From assembly GCA_964415895.1 (NCBI GenBank), contig CAYQCC010000001.1, forward strand, positions 119,073-183,072: a DNA stretch of 64,000 bases. The letters are read 5' to 3'. The DNA is from an uncultured Candidatus Saccharibacteria bacterium. Its GTDB lineage: Bacteria > Patescibacteriota > Minisyncoccia > Phycocordibacterales > UBA1006. Every line of letters begins with the position of its first letter. The first letter of the stretch is position 1. This document shows positions 56,972 through 64,000 of this stretch, piece after piece. Under the pieces are notes generated by a model. It had not been told where the DNA came from and ran no database searches. It saw nothing but the letters and a program-made list of their open reading frames with translations. A program made the position numbers and the translations under genes.

Positions 56972-58090
56972 TTATTCAATTATAATTCTTGGAACGCGCG
57001 CCGAAATACATGTTGTAATTTCATGTGGTGTGGTATCAATTGCGTGTGAAATGTATTCCGCTGAAACACTTGAATCTCCATCAGTTCCAATCAAGATTAC
57101 ATCATCACCAACATATGCTTCGCCATCCATTCCAAGATCAATCATAATTTGATCCATGCACACTCGCCCTGCGATCGGATATTCTCGACCTCTGATGACC
57201 ACTTTTCCAGAATTGGAAAGTCGTCGCGGAAATCCATCGGCATAGCCTACTGGAATTGTTGCAATCCTTGCATACTTGCCTATTGGCTTCCATGTTTTTC
57301 CATAACCAACAAATTCGTCGCTCGTAACCACTTTAAAATAGACGACGTGGGATTTCCAAGAAAGCGCAGGAACAATTTCACTTGGCAAAATATGTTTATT
57401 AAATTCTGGTTCAACACCATACAACGCAATTCCAGGACGAACCATATCTAAATGATATTCTGGATACATAAAAATAGATCGAGAACTGCAAATATGAGAA
57501 AGTGGAATTTCAAGACCTATCGATTTGCAATAACTAATAACATCAATAAATCTTTCAAACTGCAATTTTGTAAAATCAACATCTAATGTGTCGGCGAAAT
57601 GCGTATAGACTCCTTCGCAGACCAAAATTCCGTCATCAACCATTTTCTTTACGGTATTAATAAAATCATTTGATCTATTCCAATGAATTCCGATTCGATT
57701 CATTCCTGTATCGATTTTCAGATGCACTTTCGGTTTTTTCTGCATTCGCATTGCTTCGTTCGCAATATTATTTAATTTCTCGAGCGATGATGCCGTGATG
57801 GTTAGATCATTATCAATACACGCCTGTATTTCATATTGCTCAATTCCTGCCAGCACAAGAATTGGAGTTGTAATTCCAGCTTTGCGAATCTGTTTTCCTT
57901 CCTCGACAATAGCCACTGCTAAATAATCCACACCTTCCTCACTAAACGCTTTTGCAGCTGTAATAATTCCATGACCATAGGCATCCGCCTTGATCACTGC
58001 ACAAATCTTTGTTGCACTGCAAAAACCCTGAATGATCTTCAGGTTGTTTTTCAAAGTTGGTACAGAAATTTCACAATAGGTGTTTCGCAT
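56972..58090 (-). CDS. alr: Alanine racemase
   Basis: PLP-lysine motif AVIKADAYGHG, C-terminal beta-domain. Confidence 0.85.
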   Translation of the reverse strand: MRNTYCEISVPTLKNNLKIIQGFCSATKICAVIKADAYGHGIITAAKAFSEEGVDYLAVAIVEEGKQIRKAGITTPILVLAGIEQYEIQACIDNDLTITASSLEKLNNIANEAMRMQKKPKVHLKIDTGMNRIGIHWNRSNDFINTVKKMVDDGILVCEGVYTHFADTLDVDFTKLQFERFIDVISYCKSIGLEIPLSHICSSRSIFMYPEYHLDMVRPGIALYGVEPEFNKHILPSEIVPALSWKSHVVYFKVVTSDEFVGYGKTWKPIGKYARIATIPVGYADGFPRRLSNSGKVVIRGREYPIAGRVCMDQIMIDLGMDGEAYVGDDVILIGTDGDSSVSAEYISHAIDTTPHEITTCISARVPRIIIE

Positions 58091-58092
58091 AG

Positions 58093-58752
58093 TTATTTAA
58101 TGTCTTGAATTGGTCCATAGAAGCACTCGTTTCTGTTTGTATACACTGCCCACATTCGATCACCATAGCAATAATGCCACCACTCACCTGGATACCAGAC
58201 AAATCCTACAGATTCCATGGCTTCACGTAGAATTGCTCTGTTTTGTTTTTGTTCGTCCGTTATCAATTCTGAAAACATTTCAACGACTTTCTTTTCTGCA
58301 AGCGCTTGAGGCATTGAGCCCATATCAACTAACTCATTATTATATATCAAGGCAACGTCTACAGCGCCACCACAATTATGATTTGCAAGTGGTGCAGGTC
58401 GCGCAACAACAAGCGCTACCTGGTGTTCGAGTTCTTCTGTTGACCAATCTGGATGTTCTATTGAAAAATGTTCAAATTTCCTATTCCAATGTTCCTGCTG
58501 TTTTTCAATCGATCTCACACCTTCAACGATCGCAAGTTTGTACCCACCTGGAAGGATTTCGGATGCTTTATATAACATTTGAGCAACTGTTTCTCGAAGT
58601 AGATATGAATTATTGCTTTCCCATGGACCAAATTGTGAGCCATACATCAGTATTTGCGTTTCCATAACTTCGACAAGACGTTCGCTGTTTTCCTTGATTA
58701 CAATATCTTGCCATGCTGATTTTGGAAGCGCTTTTATAATTTGATTACTCAT
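58093..58752 (-). CDS. D-Ala-D-Ala dipeptidase (VanX/DdpX, M15D)
   Basis: Zn-ligand motif NHNCGGAVDVAL and EWWHY signature. Confidence 0.7.
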   Translation of the reverse strand: MSNQIIKALPKSAWQDIVIKENSERLVEVMETQILMYGSQFGPWESNNSYLLRETVAQMLYKASEILPGGYKLAIVEGVRSIEKQQEHWNRKFEHFSIEHPDWSTEELEHQVALVVARPAPLANHNCGGAVDVALIYNNELVDMGSMPQALAEKKVVEMFSELITDEQKQNRAILREAMESVGFVWYPGEWWHYCYGDRMWAVYTNRNECFYGPIQDIK

Positions 58753-59732
58753 ATATTATTTCCTTCCATATAATCATAAATAACTTTCGACAATTCTTTC
58801 ATTGGAAACTGTTTTCGTGGATTTAGTTGCTTTGAAACCGTGAATACACTAATGACATACTGCGATTTATTTCCTGTAACTACCGCAACATCGTTCAGCC
58901 AACAAATGAAAGCCCAGCCTTTCGTGAAAATGCTTTTAACGAGACTCAGAAGTCCTCTAATGGATTCAAAACCAAATCCATTCTTTCCGTAAAAATTTTT
59001 ATACAAATTATTTTCTAGATATCCACCCTTTCGATACACCAATTGCTGTGGCAATGATAATCCACCTCGCCCAGAACGATTCCATCTGAGCATGTAATTT
59101 TTAAGAGATTGTGATACGAATGGCGAAATAAGTTGATTTGTTTCAACCATATAAATAAATTCGGTTGTATGTCGTGCACATGTCTTCGTCGTTTCGCTAT
59201 GTTGATACGGCTTATCTTCTTTAACACGATCCAAAAACTTTCTTGTCACCTCACTACCATGCCAATCGTATTTATGAATAATATTTTCTGTGATTGATTC
59301 GCGTCCAACTAAATCAATCAAACAGTTTGATGCGCTATTATCGCTCCGTGTTAGCATCAAATCCAACAAATAATCAATGGTCGCCGTATCACCCGCCTGA
59401 AGCAATCCGCGCGGATCACCTGGAAATAGTTTTGTATCTTTATCAACATCGTTTGGAGATTTCACAACTACTTCTTGATCAAGTGAAAAATCACCAAGCT
59501 CAATACGACGCAAGGTTTCTGCTCCAATAAATATTTTATAAACGCTCGCTGGATAGATAAAATGATCCATATTGTATCCAAAGATTTCGTGACGTGGATC
59601 ATTTAAATCAACAATGGCAATTCCCATTTCGTATTTCAAAAAGCCATTCTTTTGCAGAAGTTCATGTAGTTCTGCGCTTCGTTTCAAATTTTCAGCAAGA
59701 TGATTCATTCTCTCGATTTTAGCACAAAACAT
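58749..59732 (-). CDS. Serine hydrolase, class A beta-lactamase / DD-peptidase fold
   Basis: SxxK (PASVYK) and SDN (TRSDNSASN) motifs; 4-nt overlap with vanX-like gene. Confidence 0.5.
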   Translation of the reverse strand: MFCAKIERMNHLAENLKRSAELHELLQKNGFLKYEMGIAIVDLNDPRHEIFGYNMDHFIYPASVYKIFIGAETLRRIELGDFSLDQEVVVKSPNDVDKDTKLFPGDPRGLLQAGDTATIDYLLDLMLTRSDNSASNCLIDLVGRESITENIIHKYDWHGSEVTRKFLDRVKEDKPYQHSETTKTCARHTTEFIYMVETNQLISPFVSQSLKNYMLRWNRSGRGGLSLPQQLVYRKGGYLENNLYKNFYGKNGFGFESIRGLLSLVKSIFTKGWAFICWLNDVAVVTGNKSQYVISVFTVSKQLNPRKQFPMKELSKVIYDYMEGNNI

Positions 59733-59747
59733 GCTATAGTCACCTCA

Positions 59748-61637
59748 ATGCATATCCTTGAGGTAATTCCACTACAAAAAGGCATTCCACGCGACAGCTT
59801 GTCGTATTTTTCGCTTAAAGAAATTCCGCTTGGTGCACTGATTGAAATACCATTACATTCCAAAACTATTTCAGGAATTGTGATTGGAAAAACTGATGCG
59901 CGCGATATGAAAGCAAGTATTCGCAGCGGAACATTTACCTTGAAACCCGTTGGCGCGATTATTAACGAGAAAGGCTTTCCATCGAAAATTATTCAAGCAC
60001 TATGGGAACTATCGGCTGAAACATTGATTCCAACAGGAACATTGATTAGCAATTTCTTCCCTGATCCAGTGTTTGAATATTTTCAGAGCTGGAAATCCGT
60101 TACGCGCGAAAAACCAGAACTACGAATAATTGAACTATCAACACCAGATCGGTTCGACTATTACAAAGTATTAGTTCGTGAAGCATTCGCTCGAAAGATG
60201 AGTATTCAATTTATTACTCCAACGGTTATCGAAAATGATAAGCTTACACAGTTTCTAATTGATGTCTGCGGAAAAGAAAAAGTTATTACATTATCTGGCG
60301 GAATGACACCAATAAAACGGGAGAAAATATATCAACAATTATTGGAAATCGATACGCCTATCGCTATCTGCACAACGCCGCAGTTTTTTGTCATGCCTCG
60401 TTCAGATATTGGATCATGCGTCATAGAATCTTCTGCGTCACCTTATTACATTCAAGACTTCAGTCATCCGATTGATTTTCGTACAATCATAGTTCGTATT
60501 ACAGAAACTCTTGGAATGAATCGTTATTTTTCAGATTCTATTGTATCACCAGAACAAAAACAATTGATTGAAAATCGAAAAGCGTTTATGGATCGAACAA
60601 GCAAAAAAGCTGGAAACAGTGTTCCAGTATTAACATTCGAAAAAGAAGCATTCAACGATCCATATTATGTATCACCAATTTTAAGTTCGAAAGCGATCGC
60701 TACCATAAAAGAAATGATCATTCAGAAAAAACCAGTATTTATTTTTTCTGCTCGAAAAGGAATTGCATCAGTAACGACCTGTCGTGATTGTGGATATACT
60801 GTTCATTGTCCAAACTGTAATAACATCATGCAGCTGATCAAAAAAAATCCTCTTGCAGAATCGGATCGCGTATTCTCTTGCAGTCGATGCGAAACCGAAG
60901 TTCCTGCAATGAACCGATGTCCGCATTGTTCGGGTTGGAATTTAATTCCACTTGGCATTACAACCGACTCTATTAATGAAGAATTAAAGAAGTTCTTTCC
61001 AGACCAAATTATTCTGCAAAGTAATAATGAAATAACCAAAACGGATTCAGCTTGTAAAAAAACAGTGAAAGCTTGGCAGGAATCAAATGGAATATTAATT
61101 GGAACGCAAAAAATTATTCCATATTTAGAAAACATTCCAACGACCATTGTTGCGTCATTCGAACACTGCATGAGTATTCCAGATTTTCAGACACCGTTTC
61201 ATACGCTTTGGCTGTTTCAAAAACTGTACGAGAAAACAACAGATTATTTCTGTATTCAAACAAAAGACATAAACAACTCACTATTAACATTATTTTCGAA
61301 ACAACATATCGACCCGTTTATTACGGAAGACTTAGGATTGCGAAAGTTGTACCATTATCCACCATTTGCAACCCTTATTACGATTGTGTTGACCAATATA
61401 AAACGCAAAGATCATCCACAAGCAAAGGAATACTTAAAAAAATCGATCAATGAATACGAGCACTCTATTCAGTCACAATTCTTTGAATACGGGCAGTATT
61501 ATGAACTAATGGCCAAAATTCACGTTCCTATGGAAGATTGGATAAACGCAGAAAGTGTTCAAAAACAACAATTATTAAGCTTTTTACAGTCAATCCGAAA
61601 TCATGCCGATATCACCATAGAAACAGGCCTAGATTAG
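59748..61637 (+). CDS. priA: Primosomal protein N' (PriA)-like, helicase motifs degenerate
   Basis: PriA N-terminal 3'-DNA-binding domain pattern and Cys cluster CRDCG..CPNC...CSRC...CPHC retained; no GxxxxGK[ST] Walker A, DEEH position reads ESSA. Confidence 0.55.
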   Translation: MHILEVIPLQKGIPRDSLSYFSLKEIPLGALIEIPLHSKTISGIVIGKTDARDMKASIRSGTFTLKPVGAIINEKGFPSKIIQALWELSAETLIPTGTLISNFFPDPVFEYFQSWKSVTREKPELRIIELSTPDRFDYYKVLVREAFARKMSIQFITPTVIENDKLTQFLIDVCGKEKVITLSGGMTPIKREKIYQQLLEIDTPIAICTTPQFFVMPRSDIGSCVIESSASPYYIQDFSHPIDFRTIIVRITETLGMNRYFSDSIVSPEQKQLIENRKAFMDRTSKKAGNSVPVLTFEKEAFNDPYYVSPILSSKAIATIKEMIIQKKPVFIFSARKGIASVTTCRDCGYTVHCPNCNNIMQLIKKNPLAESDRVFSCSRCETEVPAMNRCPHCSGWNLIPLGITTDSINEELKKFFPDQIILQSNNEITKTDSACKKTVKAWQESNGILIGTQKIIPYLENIPTTIVASFEHCMSIPDFQTPFHTLWLFQKLYEKTTDYFCIQTKDINNSLLTLFSKQHIDPFITEDLGLRKLYHYPPFATLITIVLTNIKRKDHPQAKEYLKKSINEYEHSIQSQFFEYGQYYELMAKIHVPMEDWINAESVQKQQLLSFLQSIRNHADITIETGLD

Positions 61638-61676
61638 TTGCATAGTATTAAAAGATATGATACAGTATTCGCACTT

Positions 61677-61910
61677 ATGGCAATTAACGTAAACATCGTA
61701 AAAAACAACAATGAAAACGCGAACGGAGTATTCCGACGTTTTTCAAAGAAAGTTCGATCAGCAGGCTTCCTACAAGAAGTTCGAAACGATCGTTATTTCA
61801 ACCGAGAACAATCAAAGTTGAAAACAAAACGCTCAGCATTGGTACGCATCGAGCGAACTGGTGAATATAAAGCAAAAGAAAAAGCAGGTGAAGTAATGGC
61901 AGGAAAATAA
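61677..61910 (+). CDS. rpsU: 30S ribosomal protein S21
   Basis: GVFRRFSKKVRSAGFLQEVRNDRYFNREQSKLKTKR matches S21; ORF-track 5' extension ignored. Confidence 0.8.
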   Translation: MAINVNIVKNNNENANGVFRRFSKKVRSAGFLQEVRNDRYFNREQSKLKTKRSALVRIERTGEYKAKEKAGEVMAGK

Positions 61911-61937
61911 TCCTGTTTTTTCTTTGGTACAAAGAAC

Positions 61938-62528
61938 TTGACAATGCAGGTATTAGATAGTAGTATGATAGAGAACCTTCACAATATTAAAAAATCTCAA
62001 AATTACATAATCATGAAAGAACAACCAGTTAGTATCACAGTTACACCTGACCAAGTATTAAAGAATCTTAATATAGATCTATTTGAAATCTTCAAAAAAC
62101 AAATTACCCGAAGATATGGTAAGGATTTTATTTTCACTAATCACGATGGTTTGTACCATGCAAAACCGACAAAAGAAATCAACCAGATCGATTACGATGG
62201 AAACCTTCTCATTAATGCAGGCGAATTGATTAATAATTATTATAAAAAAAATAATATACTAATCACTCCAGCAGATTCACATTTCCTAAAAGCAATCCGC
62301 TGGAAGACTGGCTTTAATGACCCATCAGTTCTTGAAGTATTAAATATTAGTTTTGATCTTTTTATTAAAAAAAGAGGTATTGGAATAAATCTGTGGGTCA
62401 AAGTAATAGGAATATTTTACAATTCAGGAATACTGGACTGCTTCGACTACCCTTTTGGAAAAACGAATAGTAAATCAAAACATACGTTGGCAGTGATAGA
62501 GAAATTGAAGAAAGATTTGATTAAATAG
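61938..62528 (+). CDS. Hypothetical protein (196 aa)
   Basis: ORF between rpsU and ybeY; terminator 62534-62566. Confidence 0.4.
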   Translation: MTMQVLDSSMIENLHNIKKSQNYIIMKEQPVSITVTPDQVLKNLNIDLFEIFKKQITRRYGKDFIFTNHDGLYHAKPTKEINQIDYDGNLLINAGELINNYYKKNNILITPADSHFLKAIRWKTGFNDPSVLEVLNISFDLFIKKRGIGINLWVKVIGIFYNSGILDCFDYPFGKTNSKSKHTLAVIEKLKKDLIK

Positions 62529-62605
62529 TACCTGATTAGATTTTAAAACAGTTCCGCAAGTGCGGAGCTTTTTCATTTCCCTATTTCTGATATACTCAAC
62601 CCAAC

Positions 62606-63004
62606 ATGACCCACGAAACTCTCTCTGACAATTTAGCTATCTCAAACGAAACACGGATAAAAGTTCCTGTGGTTTCTTTTGTTGAAATTAAAAACGCAAT
62701 ACTTGGAAAGAAATACGAATTATCGCTCGTATTTCCAAACAAGAAAACTGCAACGGAATTACATCTGGATTGGAAAGACAAATCAGGCCCTGCAAACATT
62801 TTGTCGTTTCCACTTGATAAAAATCTTGGTGAAATATTTATTTCACTTGATCAAGCAAAAACTGAATGCAAAAAGTTCGATCGTGATTATCAAAACTATG
62901 TAGCATTCTTATTTATTCACGGTTGCGCACATTTAAAAGGTCACACGCATGGAAACGAGATGGAATCATACGAGAAAAAGATCAGAGCTAAATTCAACGT
63001 GTAG
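62606..63004 (+). CDS. ybeY: Endoribonuclease YbeY
   Basis: HGCAHLKGHTHGNEME zinc motif (HxxxHxxxxxH). Confidence 0.85.
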   Translation: MTHETLSDNLAISNETRIKVPVVSFVEIKNAILGKKYELSLVFPNKKTATELHLDWKDKSGPANILSFPLDKNLGEIFISLDQAKTECKKFDRDYQNYVAFLFIHGCAHLKGHTHGNEMESYEKKIRAKFNV

Positions 63005-63007
63005 TGC

Positions 63008-63127
63008 ATTCCCTTCTCCTAATTTAGGAGAAGGTGCCCAAGGGGCGGATGAGGTCGTCTGTAATTTGCATTAACTGCAAATGCAACGACCTCACCCCGA
63101 CCCTCTCCTAAATTAGGAGAGGGAGAA
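63008..63127. repeat. Composite palindromic element: hairpin CCTTCTCC-taattta-GGAGAAGG, long bulged hairpin GGGGCGGATGAGGTCGT...ACGACCTCACCCC enclosing TTTGCA-ttaac-TGCAAA, hairpin CCCTCTCC-taaatta-GGAGAGGG
   Basis: Seen directly between ybeY and ftsA. Confidence 0.6.
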
Positions 63128-63194
63128 GCTACATTTCTTCTTCATAATATTTTTATTTCTTTCTCTTTTTGTTTTTCCTGATATACTAAATTAT

Positions 63195-64000
63195 ATGATG
63201 CCTCAGGGACCTACTATTATTGCTGGAATCGATATCGGCAGCACTACAACACGAGTGATTATTACCGAACACGCAGGCTCTGGAATACATCCTCGCGTTA
63301 TTGGTGTTGGACGAACTGAAACTATTGGAATTTCAAAAGGTTATGTGATCCACGAAGAAGAAGCAGTCAGGTCATTAACTGGTGCAATACGAATGGCGGA
63401 AAAAATGGCTAACATAAAATTGGATCGTGCCTATGTTTGTATTGGTGGAATTAGTTTGGAAACCCATCACCAAAACGGAAGTATTCATTTACAAAAAAAA
63501 GAAATATCTGCAAAAGACATTTCAGCGCTCCACCATCAGGTTACCGATGATTTCTTGGCTAGTACAAAAAACAAAACTGTTCTCCATACAATTCCATTAT
63601 CGTATACATTAGATGGCGAGGAATTATTTGCAGACCCAGTTGGATTGGCGGGATCATTATTATCTGCACAATTTTCACTGGTTACATGTCTAACACAGCA
63701 TCGTGATGGATTAGTAAATGTTGTGAGCCGTGCTGGAATCGACATCATCGACATCATCGCAAGTCCAATTGCAGCCAGTGTAATCACCCTTTCACAACGT
63801 GCTAAAACAGCAGGTTGCGCATTGGTAGATATCGGCGCTGAAACATTATCACTTGCCGTATTTGAACACGATGCATTGGTTCATGTTGCTGTCATTCCGT
63901 GTGGTGCAAGTTTGATTACAAACGATCTTGCGCTTGGACTCCAAGTTTCGCTTGATGAAGCTGAATCAATCAAGTTTGGAAAAAAGACTGATCGGACGCC
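63195..64000 (+). CDS. ftsA: Cell-division protein FtsA, 5' part (runs off window)
   Basis: IIAGIDIGSTTTRVII actin-fold phosphate-1, ...ALVDIGAETLSLAVF phosphate-2; not in ORF track because no stop in window. Confidence 0.85.
   Translation, partial: MMPQGPTIIAGIDIGSTTTRVIITEHAGSGIHPRVIGVGRTETIGISKGYVIHEEEAVRSLTGAIRMAEKMANIKLDRAYVCIGGISLETHHQNGSIHLQKKEISAKDISALHHQVTDDFLASTKNKTVLHTIPLSYTLDGEELFADPVGLAGSLLSAQFSLVTCLTQHRDGLVNVVSRAGIDIIDIIASPIAASVITLSQRAKTAGCALVDIGAETLSLAVFEHDALVHVAVIPCGASLITNDLALGLQVSLDEAESIKFGKKTDRT

Noticed and set aside
63041-63100. Hammerhead-like GGAUGAGG core inside the central hairpin
   Set aside because: No CUGAUGA...GAAAC arrangement and no three-stem junction; the resemblance is a single partial motif
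63008-63127. Possible CRISPR array
   Set aside because: Only two related hairpin arms and one central hairpin; no regularly spaced repeats with unique spacers and no cas genes in the window

Overview
This 64 kb window is AT-rich (GC not computed), densely packed and mostly housekeeping. Its gene content, small overlapping operons, a lamin-tail-domain surface protein and many short hypotheticals are consistent with a streamlined Patescibacteria/CPR-like chromosome, but that placement is inference only.

Recognised core genes:
- Translation: S1/rpsA, pth, lysS, serS, frr, rpsU, ybeY, dusB, ychF, yidD.
- Replication, repair and recombination: rmuC, dnaB, recR, dnaX, holB, dprA, topA, family-4 UDG, a short uvrC, a priA-like gene, and an SOS pair lexA-dinB followed by helD.
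- Cell envelope and division: PBP2, dgkA, ftsQ-like, mreB, murA, alr, a ddpX/vanX-like dipeptidase, a serine hydrolase, rseP, ftsA.
- Other: greA, an ECF sigma factor with a membrane partner, rel (RSH), ppa, ndh, psd-like, three NUDIX paralogs.
- Two tRNAs on the minus strand: Gln-UUG, and Ala-UGC with the G3:U70 pair.

No CRISPR array, rRNA, transposase or prophage was recognised.

The more unusual content, each a candidate rather than a confirmed system:
1. A two-gene module of a membrane-anchored extracellular LTD/PKD protein and a TraD/VirD4-family ATPase with a roughly 275-aa disordered tail.
2. A co-oriented array Mrr - ANT(6)-like nucleotidyltransferase - CYTH - lexA - dinB - helD - NUDIX, with a candidate GTAC-N4-GTAC operator in front of lexA.
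3. Protein oddities: GreA with an in-frame duplicated N-terminal coiled-coil domain; RecR without its C4 zinc finger; a PriA-like protein that keeps the N-terminal DNA-binding domain and the Cys cluster but lacks Walker A and DExH; a KptA/Tpt1-like ART-fold protein immediately downstream of lysS.
4. Structured non-coding DNA: a 150-bp MITE-like element with 31-bp inverted repeats between frr and rseP; a triple-hairpin composite palindrome between ybeY and ftsA; a duplicated 18-mer plus TTGTAGAG motif in the leaders of dnaX and dusB; a 445-bp gene-free stretch upstream of dnaX that carries a promoter-terminator-bounded sRNA-like unit (also the classical position of ffs); and a highly structured leader in front of tRNA-Ala.

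Many ORF-track starts look 5'-extended, so likely internal starts are noted per feature.
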